From an uncultured Gammaproteobacteria bacterium (lineage in GTDB: Bacteria; Patescibacteriota; Microgenomatia; Levybacterales; GWA1-39-11), in NCBI GenBank assembly GCA_964537315.1, contig CAZIAP010000001.1:221938-285937 (forward strand): a stretch of 64,000 bases of DNA, written 5' to 3'. Shown piece by piece: positions 32,614 through 42,492 of the stretch. Below the pieces are notes generated by a model. It was not told the origin of the DNA. It made no database searches and saw only the letters and a list, made by a program, of their open reading frames with translations. Every line of letters starts with the position of its first letter. The stretch's first letter is position 1. The translations under genes were made by a program, and so were the position numbers.

Positions 32614-33849
32614 TTAAGATGATTTTTTAATCGACCTTAGCGTAGAGAATGAATAATAAAAAATAAACGGTACCGATACAATATAACCTATAAAGGCTGC
32701 GTATGCAGCCCCTACTACTCCATATAAATTGATCATTGGAACAATTGTAGCTAACATACCAACAAGTCCAATAAGAGTTGTCAGAGTAAGGTATTTTTGT
32801 TTTTGCATTGCAAGCAAAAATGATGATACTGAGAGTGATACTGCTCTGATTACACCAAGAACAGCAAGTACGCGAAGTACTTCAACAGCACCTAACCACT
32901 GCTCACCCAAAATTATTCTAATTATTAGCTCTGGGAATATGAATAAGATAATCCCAAATGGTAGTACAAGCATAGTAATTACAACAATTGTTCTGAAATA
33001 CGCGCGCTTAAGCCTAAAATAATCATTCGATATTTTGACATAAACAGGAAATGTTACTTTATTAATGATTTCAGCAACCTCAGTAATTGGAAGCATTGAA
33101 AAACGATATGCCATATCGTATATACCGAGTGACTGTGTTCCTAATATCCTACCTACTATAATATTGTCTCCTCTCTCAAAGCCATAATTAAAAACTGTAG
33201 CTCCGGTAATCCACTTTCCATGGTTGAAAAGTGTCTTAATATAACCCGTATTTAGTCTTAATCTTGGACGAGAAGGAAAAACTATGTATGACAGAATCAC
33301 TTCTGTTATGACTCCAGCGACTAATCCCCAAATAAGACTTATCGGAGCAGGATTCAAGGCTAGTAAGATAAATGTGACAGCGACTTCTATAAGTAGAATT
33401 ATCGTCCTAAAGAAAAATTCTTTTTTAAATTTTAGTTCTTTCTGAAAAATCACTACAGAAGGGTTTATAAATCCACGAATAAATGGAACTAAACTCATGG
33501 CATACAGGAGACTTGTTGCATCAGGCGCATTAAAGAACTGCGCAACAAATGGTGCAGAAACCACCATTACTACCGCAATTATTGTCCCGCGGACAATAGA
33601 TACAATCCAGGCAGAATCAAGATAATTTTCAATGTTATCCTTTTGTTGAACTAAAAAAACATTTACACCTGTTTCAGTAATAACCTCAACAAAGGAAAGA
33701 AGAATTGTGGTAATTCCAAATAATCCGAACTGTGCAGGACTCAAGAACCGAGCAACAACAGCCGTCTTTCCCAGAGAAACAACACGAGTTACAACACGGA
33801 ATGCAGAAAGCCAGCTAAACCCAATAATCGCAGTTTTTGTATATCCCAT
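32614..33849 (-). CDS. wzx: Wzx-type polysaccharide flippase
   Basis: ARFLSPAQFG, DNIIVGRILG...LGIY; about 12 TM helices. Confidence 0.88.
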   Translation of the reverse strand: MGYTKTAIIGFSWLSAFRVVTRVVSLGKTAVVARFLSPAQFGLFGITTILLSFVEVITETGVNVFLVQQKDNIENYLDSAWIVSIVRGTIIAVVMVVSAPFVAQFFNAPDATSLLYAMSLVPFIRGFINPSVVIFQKELKFKKEFFFRTIILLIEVAVTFILLALNPAPISLIWGLVAGVITEVILSYIVFPSRPRLRLNTGYIKTLFNHGKWITGATVFNYGFERGDNIIVGRILGTQSLGIYDMAYRFSMLPITEVAEIINKVTFPVYVKISNDYFRLKRAYFRTIVVITMLVLPFGIILFIFPELIIRIILGEQWLGAVEVLRVLAVLGVIRAVSLSVSSFLLAMQKQKYLTLTTLIGLVGMLATIVPMINLYGVVGAAYAAFIGYIVSVPFIFYYSFSTLRSIKKSS

Positions 33850-33851
33850 TA

Positions 33852-34679
33852 TTAATTCCAGCCTTTCAGAATCATCCTTGTATTTTTGGGTGATTTATAT
33901 ATAAATATTAGCGTCTGTACAACCATAAATAGTCCATGTAATGGAAAGCTTTTTATATGCTTCTTCCCAAAATATCTCCCACTTTTTACCAGGTTATATA
34001 ACTTAACTCCCGATTTAATTCCAACTGTTTTACTCAGTTGATGATTTATTTGTACTTCCGGAACAACTACTACTTTAAAACCAGCAGCTTTTGCTCTCAG
34101 ACAAAAATCCGTATCTTCGTAATATAAAAAGAATTTTTCGTCAAAATAACCTATTTTTTCAAATACTTCTCGCTTTATTATCATACAACATCCTGAAACA
34201 TAATCTACCTCTTTAACTAATTTATTTGCTGCAGTTTTTCGATTATCATGTATTGTCCTACCTATCAAATTAGAGATACTACCGCCATAATCAAACTGTT
34301 TTTTTCCATTTTCTTGAAATTGAATAAGGGGTGCAGCAATTCCTATTTTTTTATCATTTTGCATAACATCCAATACAGGAGAGAGAAAATCACTAGATAT
34401 AGAGGTGTCATTATTGATGATTGCAATATGGCTGGAATTTTTTGAGAGTGCATGTTTTATTCCAAGGTTCACCCCACCTGCAAATCCGAGATTTTTACCA
34501 GAGTTAATTAACACTCTATTCTTGTCTGATAGTTCAGTACTTTGTATATCAATCTGGGGATCATTATTTACAACTATGAGGTTGCTGTATTTTTTTTTAA
34601 ATTTTTCTAGGGATTCAATACTGCTCTTTGTGGTTGATATATCGCCGAAATGCAAAATAATTACAGATACTTTTGTCAT
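33852..34679 (-). CDS. Glycosyltransferase family 2
   Basis: NLGFAGGVNLG, INND, SGCCM, FDEKFFLYYEDTDFC. Confidence 0.92.
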   Translation of the reverse strand: MTKVSVIILHFGDISTTKSSIESLEKFKKKYSNLIVVNNDPQIDIQSTELSDKNRVLINSGKNLGFAGGVNLGIKHALSKNSSHIAIINNDTSISSDFLSPVLDVMQNDKKIGIAAPLIQFQENGKKQFDYGGSISNLIGRTIHDNRKTAANKLVKEVDYVSGCCMIIKREVFEKIGYFDEKFFLYYEDTDFCLRAKAAGFKVVVVPEVQINHQLSKTVGIKSGVKLYNLVKSGRYFGKKHIKSFPLHGLFMVVQTLIFIYKSPKNTRMILKGWN

Positions 34680-35779
34680 TATTTAAATTGTTGAATTACA
34701 CCATATACACTATTTGCGCAACGTTCCCAGGTATAATCTGACACTTTTGATTTTCCTTTTTTTGTGAGCTTTATTCTTAGATCATTATTTTTGTGTAAAT
34801 CATTCATAGCTTGAGCTAACGCTTCAACATCGGTCGGTTCGACAATAATCCCTGCCTTTCCTACAACTTCTGGTAATGACCCACCATTGGAAGCTATTAC
34901 TGGGCATTCTAATGCCATAGCTTCAACAAAGGTTAGTCCGAATCCTTCGTATAAACTTGGGGAAACAAATGCAATAGCATTTCTATACAAATCAACTAGT
35001 TCATCATCCCCTGCATAACCAATAAAGGTTATTTTTTCAATGGATTCCTCGGATAGCGTACTAAGTACGGAGTCAATTTCAGGGTCAATCCATTTATCAC
35101 CGCCTATGAGCAGCAACTCGGTATCATGTTTAGTCTTTGACAAGAATAAGTCGAATGCCTTTATGAGAGCAGGAATGTTCTTGATTCGTTTTAAAGATCC
35201 TACATATAAAAAGTAAGGATTTCTTTTAATTTTTTTAACTTCTTTGCCTTGAGGAAATCTTCTTACTCCTAACGGAATAGCAATTACCTTATTTGAAGCA
35301 ATCTTGAAATATTTAATTACATCTTCTCTAGTCTTTTCAGAAATCGAGATTATGATATTTGATTTTTTTACTAACTCAGCAGTATTACTATGCAATTTCT
35401 GATAGTCTCCTGGATACGCAAAAGGATATTTCTCAAAAGCAAGATCATAGACAAACCCAATCGTTCTAATATTTGGAGACATTCGGGGAGGAGCTGACTG
35501 TCCTAATGCAAGAAATAAATTAACTCTGTCTCTGACCATTCTAATAGGCAACCATATCTTTAGCCACCCTTTCATAGGTCTCACAATGACATTACGCATA
35601 TTAGGACCAAGCCTCTTCATCAATGACTCATCTATTGGATAAAAACTGTAAAGATAGTACTTATTTTCGGTATCAATTTTACTAAGCTCCAATAGCAAGT
35701 TTTTAGCAAAATTATATACACCAACTTTAAGTCGTTTGTCCTTTACCCCTAAACACCCAGCATCTACAGCAATGTTCAT
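34679..35779 (-). CDS. Glycosyltransferase family 4
   Basis: KNIPAL, PSLYEGFGLTFVEAM, SLPEV. Confidence 0.92.
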   Translation of the reverse strand: MNIAVDAGCLGVKDKRLKVGVYNFAKNLLLELSKIDTENKYYLYSFYPIDESLMKRLGPNMRNVIVRPMKGWLKIWLPIRMVRDRVNLFLALGQSAPPRMSPNIRTIGFVYDLAFEKYPFAYPGDYQKLHSNTAELVKKSNIIISISEKTREDVIKYFKIASNKVIAIPLGVRRFPQGKEVKKIKRNPYFLYVGSLKRIKNIPALIKAFDLFLSKTKHDTELLLIGGDKWIDPEIDSVLSTLSEESIEKITFIGYAGDDELVDLYRNAIAFVSPSLYEGFGLTFVEAMALECPVIASNGGSLPEVVGKAGIIVEPTDVEALAQAMNDLHKNNDLRIKLTKKGKSKVSDYTWERCANSVYGVIQQFK

Positions 35780-36939
35780 ATATTTATACCACTATACTTA
35801 ATTTTTGTTACATTTTCTAACACGTTTAAAAATGATCGTGCAGCATATTGTGATGAAAATCTTTGACTTACCGATTGCCTAGCACTAATGCCAATCTTTT
35901 TATATTTATCGTTTTTAGTAAGATTATTAATAATATCTATACTATTTTTAATACTAAATTTATCATACATTACACCAACATCAGATGTAACCAACTCTCT
36001 ATTCCCTCCGATATTTTTTGTAATAATAGGAATTTGCATAAAAGCAGATTCTATCATGGCGAGAGATACACCTTCATGGTGCTCTGTCGGCAAAAAAAGT
36101 ATGTCAACTGCTTGTAAGTAATCATTTACATTATTTACTTGACCAGTAAAGTAAAAATTACTCTTTAAATCTTTAACAATATTTTTTACATTTTTAAGTC
36201 TTGGTCCATCACCTATAACTATAAAGAAGTAAGAATGATCTTTCTTTAACAAAGTTTTAGCTACACTCACAAATCGATCAATCCCTTTTTCTGTGTTTAC
36301 ATTTCCAACATATCCAATACAAAGTTGAGACTTTGCTATCTTAAGAAGATTGCGCATTTTTTGACGTTTTATTCCAACCCTTTTAAATTTGTCGGAATCA
36401 ATGCCAATGTAACACGCTACTATTTTAGTAATATCAACCCCACCTACTTTTAAATCATTTTTAGTATTTTTTGAAACCGCAATTATTTTATCTGCTTTAC
36501 TACTCATAAATTTATACCAAAGCTTAATGATTATTGATCTTTCGCTTGAAAATATTGATTCATGCTCTTCCCATACAACAATAAATCCCTTATTTTTCAA
36601 AATTGGTGTTAGAATTAATTTTTCTGTCATTGAATGCAATATAATAATATCTGGTCTAAACTTATTCGCAAATTTCAAAATATAAGAGTAAGCTTTTTTA
36701 AAACTTCTAAAGTTTTTTACTAGTTTCAAAAGTTCCTTTTTCGTACCAATTTCAAAAAGAGGATTTCTAAGCATTTTGCTATCAAGATTACATGCTTTTA
36801 GTTCTTTAAGAAACTCCTTATTATTTGAAAAAGTAACTGATTTAAGTATTGAGTGTTCCTTAAAGTAACTGAATAAGTAAATGATGTACTTTTCAGTGCC
36901 ACTGTATCCATTTGTAATTCTTATATTCAATACTTTCAT
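35776..36939 (-). CDS. Glycosyltransferase family 4
   Basis: SGTEKY, EKGID, GDGP, EGVSLAMIES. Confidence 0.9.
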   Translation of the reverse strand: MKVLNIRITNGYSGTEKYIIYLFSYFKEHSILKSVTFSNNKEFLKELKACNLDSKMLRNPLFEIGTKKELLKLVKNFRSFKKAYSYILKFANKFRPDIIILHSMTEKLILTPILKNKGFIVVWEEHESIFSSERSIIIKLWYKFMSSKADKIIAVSKNTKNDLKVGGVDITKIVACYIGIDSDKFKRVGIKRQKMRNLLKIAKSQLCIGYVGNVNTEKGIDRFVSVAKTLLKKDHSYFFIVIGDGPRLKNVKNIVKDLKSNFYFTGQVNNVNDYLQAVDILFLPTEHHEGVSLAMIESAFMQIPIITKNIGGNRELVTSDVGVMYDKFSIKNSIDIINNLTKNDKYKKIGISARQSVSQRFSSQYAARSFLNVLENVTKIKYSGINI

Positions 36940-37679
36940 TGTTTTTGAACTACAATACAGTATCCGAGTGGAGCTTGAGAATTTTTATTAAAAATATACA
37001 ACTTACTTAACAAGAAAAATGAAAACATAATCACTGTTTGCACTAACCTTTTAGGGTACTTCAGTAAGTATCTATTAAGAGTTGGTTCTAAAAAAACTGA
37101 AATTAATTGTCCTATTGTAATTGCCCAGTTTCCCCTTTCTTTTATGTATACAACTTTAAAATTACTTTTCTTAGCTAGTTCTTTTAACCCGTATTTTGTA
37201 TATCTAAAATAATCTTCAGGTTCTTCATGCAAAGACCAAAATAATGGTAATGTGAGTATTGCATAACCACTTTTTTTTAAAACTCTGTGTATTTCATTCA
37301 TCATTTGCTGTGGATTGCTTACATGTTCTAATACTTGTGTAGAAATGACAGTATTAAACGAATTATCCTCTATTGGCATTTTCAGTGCAGAACCTTTTAT
37401 ATCCCCACCGTTTTTATCTAATCCTACATATTCTTCAACTATGTCTTCAAAAAGAATTTTATATGGTTTTGTTCCACATCCAACATCTAACAATTTTCCA
37501 TTTGCATATTTTCTTGCTTCAATCAACGAGTCAAGAATTGAGTCTTTTTCTAGCTTATATGGAGAGAACCACGATACTCTTAAATTATTAAATTTTTCCA
37601 CTTTATTTTTCATTATTTTCAACTTACTGTACCTGTATGTATTATACAGTAAATTTAGGTAAGTCGGCTCCATATACAT
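36936..37679 (-). CDS. Class I SAM-dependent methyltransferase (type 11), probably glycan-modifying
   Basis: LLDVGCG, QVLEHV, HEEPEDYFRYT; start uncertain. Confidence 0.88.
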   Translation of the reverse strand: MYMEPTYLNLLYNTYRYSKLKIMKNKVEKFNNLRVSWFSPYKLEKDSILDSLIEARKYANGKLLDVGCGTKPYKILFEDIVEEYVGLDKNGGDIKGSALKMPIEDNSFNTVISTQVLEHVSNPQQMMNEIHRVLKKSGYAILTLPLFWSLHEEPEDYFRYTKYGLKELAKKSNFKVVYIKERGNWAITIGQLISVFLEPTLNRYLLKYPKRLVQTVIMFSFFLLSKLYIFNKNSQAPLGYCIVVQKQ

Positions 37680-37778
37680 GTTGTTTATTAGTTCTTAAAT
37701 TTATAAATACAGGATGAAAATTATAAATAAATTCCTATATTGACAATTGAATAAAAAAACACTAATACTAAAAATATC

Positions 37779-39902
37779 TTGAAATATTTTTTACATAGAT
37801 ATATAAAAATATTCTATGTTTTACCAATAGTATTTGTTCTACTATTGAATACTTCTCAACAAGTAAAAGCCTCAAGCTGGCAAAAATCTGCAGACACCCC
37901 TATATTTATTGGTTCAGGTAATGATTGGGATAGCAAAGGAGTTCTTTCCCCGTTCGTATTGTTCGATGACAATGTATATAAAATGTGGTATGGAGGATTT
38001 AATGGAGCGAGATGGCAGATTGGTTATGCAGTTTCTAGTGACGGTATTTCATGGACATCACCTTTTGACCAGCCAATTATATCTCCTAATTTTTCTTTGA
38101 ACGAGACTGATATTAATGACCCCTATGTAATAAAAGATGGAAGCCAATACAAAATGTGGTACACATCGATTGTTCCATATTCCGGATCAGGGAACGAAGT
38201 TTTTAGAATTAACTATGCACATTCTACTGACGGCATCAACTGGGTAAAAAGTGCGGAGCCAGTTATGCGTGCTATTCCAGCGTCTTGGGAATCTGAAGGG
38301 ACAAGCAAGCCTTCTGTTTTTAAAGAAGGTAATACATATTTAATGTGGTACAGTGCGAGGGATAGAAATGGATTATGGAGAATTGGAAAGGCAACTTCAA
38401 CTAATGGTACTGATTGGAATAGAAATCAGAATAATCCCATTTTATCTTCTACTGAATCCTGGGAAATGTCACATATTGTATCACCAAATGTAATAAAAGA
38501 TGGGAGCCAATACAAAATGTGGTACCACACAGGACCTATTGTTCCACATAATATTGTATATGCTGAATCAGTGGATGGAGTCAATTGGGTAAAACCCGAA
38601 AATAAGAATCCTGTACTGTTACGTTCATCTTCAGGTTTTGACTCTGTCATGATAGCAAATCCTGCAATGCTAAAACTAAACAATAAATATGCTATGTACT
38701 ATTCTGGTTTTGACGGAAATAGATGGTCTACTGGGTACGCTACGATGGCTATTGAATCCACCTCAGTTCCGCTTCTTAAGCAAACTGCAAACCCTTGGCA
38801 GGATGATGTATATGATCGGGCAAATTTATGGGCGTCGAACAACCCAACAATACATCGATGGGGTTGTGCCGTAACATCCGCAGCAATGATTTTTCAGTAT
38901 CATGGATATAAAAAACTACCTGACGGTACAAATTTAGACCCTGGTACATTAAATTCTTGGCTTAACAGTCAAAGAGACGGCTACGTTGGCAACGGATTAG
39001 TCAACTGGATTGCTCTTTCACGACTATCTAAGCTAGCTAAAGAAGTAAATAACATTACTACTCACGATGCACTAGAATTCAGCAGAACAGGCAAAAACAA
39101 TGCACTTCTTGAAAGCGACCTAGAAAATGGAAACCCTGCCATCCTTTTACAACCTGGACATTTCATTGTGGGTACACAAAAACTTTCCGATACCTTCGCA
39201 ATTAACGACCCATACCATAATCGAAGTTCCCTAAAAGATGGTTATGGTAACACATACCAAGGACTATACAGGTTCATTCCTTCAAATACTGACTTGTCAT
39301 ATTTGATGATTGTACTGCCAAAGGGAATAAATGCAGATGTAGTAAATGAGAGCGGAAATATAGTTAGCCAAACCTATATTGAACCAGCGATAATTGCCCA
39401 AGACAACCCATCAATCAGCTCAGGAGATGACACAACTGTCTTGCTCGTTCCCAAACCGGAAAGCGGTATTTATACATTAAAAATAAACTCTCTTACCCCT
39501 AAATCATACACTACTACGCTGTATGTTTATGATAATGATGGGAATCCATTAGAGCTACCCATTGCGGGAATTGCAAACAAACAAAATGGATATTACTTAA
39601 TAACAGTGGATAAAGAAAATTCTGAGAACTCTTCAATAAAAAAGCAAGTCACTTACTCTTCAATACTTAACGAGCTTAGCACTGCGTACAAAAATAAGTT
39701 AATAAAGAAAAGTGCGTACAATGCACTAAGTTCAATTATTAAAAGCTCACAAAAACACTACATAAAAAAGAAAATTTTTCAAGCTAAATTGAAAATTGAT
39801 ACATCTCTTCTGTTAATTTCTCTTGGCTTCTCATCGTCTATAGAAAAGAGTTATAAACACATACTCATAAGTGACCTCAGAGTCCTAAAATCCACGCTAT
39901 AA
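37779..39902 (+). CDS. Secreted five-bladed beta-propeller glycosidase-like domain fused to a C39-like cysteine peptidase and a helical C-terminal domain
   Basis: Repeats YKMWY...IGYAxSxDGIxW; peptidase motifs LLKQ, WGCAVTS, GHFIV, INDP. Confidence 0.82.
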   Translation: MKYFLHRYIKIFYVLPIVFVLLLNTSQQVKASSWQKSADTPIFIGSGNDWDSKGVLSPFVLFDDNVYKMWYGGFNGARWQIGYAVSSDGISWTSPFDQPIISPNFSLNETDINDPYVIKDGSQYKMWYTSIVPYSGSGNEVFRINYAHSTDGINWVKSAEPVMRAIPASWESEGTSKPSVFKEGNTYLMWYSARDRNGLWRIGKATSTNGTDWNRNQNNPILSSTESWEMSHIVSPNVIKDGSQYKMWYHTGPIVPHNIVYAESVDGVNWVKPENKNPVLLRSSSGFDSVMIANPAMLKLNNKYAMYYSGFDGNRWSTGYATMAIESTSVPLLKQTANPWQDDVYDRANLWASNNPTIHRWGCAVTSAAMIFQYHGYKKLPDGTNLDPGTLNSWLNSQRDGYVGNGLVNWIALSRLSKLAKEVNNITTHDALEFSRTGKNNALLESDLENGNPAILLQPGHFIVGTQKLSDTFAINDPYHNRSSLKDGYGNTYQGLYRFIPSNTDLSYLMIVLPKGINADVVNESGNIVSQTYIEPAIIAQDNPSISSGDDTTVLLVPKPESGIYTLKINSLTPKSYTTTLYVYDNDGNPLELPIAGIANKQNGYYLITVDKENSENSSIKKQVTYSSILNELSTAYKNKLIKKSAYNALSSIIKSSQKHYIKKKIFQAKLKIDTSLLLISLGFSSSIEKSYKHILISDLRVLKSTL

Positions 39903-39941
39903 TACTACAAGATACTTTTATGAATTGGTGACTGTGCTTTT

Positions 39942-39965
39942 AGATTGATATATCAATCTTTTTTT
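39942..39965 (+). terminator. Perfect 18-bp palindrome plus U-tract; candidate terminator or protein-binding site
   Basis: AGATTGATATATCAATCT followed by TTTTTT. Confidence 0.45.
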
Positions 39966-40202
39966 AAACCGGGGTGTGCTTATCACTTTATGCCGCAGAA
40001 TGCTAAACCTGGGCAGAGCAGGCAGAAAAATTTTTTTATGCTCTTAAAAATAAATTCCGGATGCAAAAATAATTGCTTCCTAATTTAATTTAACACTTAT
40101 TGAAATTAAAATGCAAGTGGAAAAACAAACTAAATTAGTTTATTTTATTTTTTGATTTTAACAATTGACTTTGTAAGACAAATCACGGAAAATAATACAT
40201 GT

Positions 40203-40769
40203 ATGCCCATACTTCGTAAAGCCTACTCCGTACTAATTGACCTATTTGAAACTTTGGTAATTGCTGGCGGAATTTTTGTTGTTATTTATGCTTTTCTTTT
40301 TAGACCCTATCAAGTAAATGGTGAATCTATGCTTCCTAACTTCCATAATGGTGAATACATATTGACTAATCTAATCGCACTACGTTTTAGCGATATTGAA
40401 AAAGGAGAGGTAATTGTTTTCAAAGCTCCAAATAATAATGATAAAGACTACATAAAACGAGTCATAGCGACTGAGGGTGACATAGTGAAAATAGAAAATG
40501 GAAGGGTTTATGTAAATAATATTTTAGTTAACGAAGGTAGCTACTTACCTGAACACTTTATAACTACTAATGGACCGTTTATAAAAGATGGAGAAGAAAT
40601 CACAGTGCCACAAGATCAATACTTCGTACTTGGTGATAATCGAGGAGCAAGCTCTGACTCTCGAGATTGGGGATTTGTGAGTAGAGATGAAATAATTGGC
40701 AAGTCGATGGTTGTATACTGGCCTCCACAGGAATTTAAAATCGTCAAGAAAGCTGAATATAGTAATTAA
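40203..40769 (+). CDS. lepB: Signal peptidase I
   Basis: GESMLPNF, DYIKRVI, LGDNRGASSDSR; start moved to ATG 40203. Confidence 0.95.
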   Translation: MPILRKAYSVLIDLFETLVIAGGIFVVIYAFLFRPYQVNGESMLPNFHNGEYILTNLIALRFSDIEKGEVIVFKAPNNNDKDYIKRVIATEGDIVKIENGRVYVNNILVNEGSYLPEHFITTNGPFIKDGEEITVPQDQYFVLGDNRGASSDSRDWGFVSRDEIIGKSMVVYWPPQEFKIVKKAEYSN

Positions 40770-40877
40770 TCTATAGCTACTCGTTCTAGGTGTCCAAAGG
40801 CACTATCTGAATTAAACCTCTAAGTTAATATAGAGAGAAAAGTAACTTTATTGGAGATAATTGAACGAAGAACTGAA

Positions 40878-41693
40878 TTAGTCCCTCATTAGCTTTTCGT
40901 AGATTTCTTTGAGCTTAGGTCCTGTTTCATTCTCTCTACCCTTTATAGTCAAAACAATTTTTGCTGCTATGCGTGACTGATCGAATCTCACATCAGCAAA
41001 TCCTTGACGCTCTTTTAATGCATTTGCCATTTCTTCTTGTTCTGGAATATAGATTTTGTCTCTCTTTTTCTGAGGTTCTTTTTGCTGTATCTCAGACTTT
41101 ACTTGTCTCGCTACTTCCTCTGCACCGCGAACACTAATTCCTTCAACGAGAATACGCTTAAATGCCGCTAACATTAGTTTGTGGTCTCCAATTGAGATAA
41201 GTGGACGTACATGCCCTTCTGTGATTACACCAGCAGCTAGAGCGTCTTTAATTGCGTCAGGAAGCGTAAGCAAACGTATGCTGTTGGAAATATAAGGTAA
41301 AGATTTACCTACTCGCTTTGCAACCTCGGTTACAGAAAGTCCAAATTCATCAATGAGTCTTTTGTATGCTTGAGCTTTTTCAACCGGATTAAGATCCTCA
41401 CGCTGAACATTTTCTACGATTGACATCTCAAGCATTTGCTGAGGTGTAGTTTCTTTTACAACAACCGGAACTCTCTGCAATCCTAAAATTTTAGAAGCTC
41501 TCCAACGTCGTTCACCAGCAATGATCTGATAACCTGCAGGTGTTTTTGCTACTACGATTGGTTCAAGTATTCCTTGTTCGCGAATAGAGTTAACTAAATC
41601 TGTAAGACTTTCCGGAGAAATTAAACCTCTTGGTTGAAGAGGGTTTGGTTGTAGCAATGAAGTTTCTAGTTCGACAATTCGAAGTTCATCCAT
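40878..41693 (-). CDS. parB: ParB/Spo0J partition protein
   Basis: [35 protein letters not shown]. Confidence 0.93.
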   Translation of the reverse strand: MDELRIVELETSLLQPNPLQPRGLISPESLTDLVNSIREQGILEPIVVAKTPAGYQIIAGERRWRASKILGLQRVPVVVKETTPQQMLEMSIVENVQREDLNPVEKAQAYKRLIDEFGLSVTEVAKRVGKSLPYISNSIRLLTLPDAIKDALAAGVITEGHVRPLISIGDHKLMLAAFKRILVEGISVRGAEEVARQVKSEIQQKEPQKKRDKIYIPEQEEMANALKERQGFADVRFDQSRIAAKIVLTIKGRENETGPKLKEIYEKLMRD

Positions 41694-41937
41694 TTATTAC
41701 CTCCACGTACTGTTTACCGCGAAGTGTCTTAAAAGCAACTTTACCAGGTTGTAAAGCAAAAATCGTATAATCTTTTCCTAAAGCAGTTCCTTTGCCAGCA
41801 TGAAACTTTGTTCCTTTTTGACGGACAATAATATTACCGGTTTTTACTATTTGCCCACCATACATCTTCACGCCTAAACGTTTAGCTATGGAATCGCGAT
41901 TTCCTTTTACTGCTCCTGTAGACTTTGTATGTGCCAT
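41686..41937 (-). CDS. rpmA: 50S ribosomal protein L27
   Basis: MAHTK...[11 protein letters not shown]...[11 protein letters not shown]. Confidence 0.97.
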   Translation of the reverse strand: MAHTKSTGAVKGNRDSIAKRLGVKMYGGQIVKTGNIIVRQKGTKFHAGKGTALGKDYTIFALQPGKVAFKTLRGKQYVEVING

Positions 41938-41994
41938 ATATTTTTACTGTATCTAATCTTGTGTAGCAAATCAACTAGAACAAACTATAGTTTT

Positions 41995-42351
41995 TTACTC
42001 ACTTTTAGTTTTTTTTGTCTCTTTCTGTTTATTACTACCAACTTTTATATCAGAAATCTCAACTCTTGTAAACTGAGGTCGGAATCCTGTCACTCTTCTC
42101 TGTCGTGATTTAGCCTGAAAACGTGCAGCACGAACTTTTTCACCTTTTACAGCATCGATTACTTTTGCTGCCACTGAAGCGTTTGCCACATATGGCTCTC
42201 CGATCTCTACTGATCCATCAGACACCACTAGAAGCACTTTGTCAAAATTAACAGATTCTCCTGACTCCAGGTTTAAGCTGTCAACATCAACTGTTTGACC
42301 TTTAGTAATCTTATATTGTTTTCCGCCTGTTTCGATAACTGCGTACTGCAT
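41995..42351 (-). CDS. rplU: 50S ribosomal protein L21
   Basis: MQYAVIETGGKQY; start moved to 42351. Confidence 0.96.
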   Translation of the reverse strand: MQYAVIETGGKQYKITKGQTVDVDSLNLESGESVNFDKVLLVVSDGSVEIGEPYVANASVAAKVIDAVKGEKVRAARFQAKSRQRRVTGFRPQFTRVEISDIKVGSNKQKETKKTKSE

Positions 42352-42492
42352 AGCCATTATTGTATCAAAAAAAACCCTATCGGTAAACCCCGAATCCACA
42401 CTCTATACATTCACTTATAAATCTTGAAAATTATGTATATTACTGGTTCTTATAAGATTTTATGTTTATATAACAATAAGACCCATAAGAAA

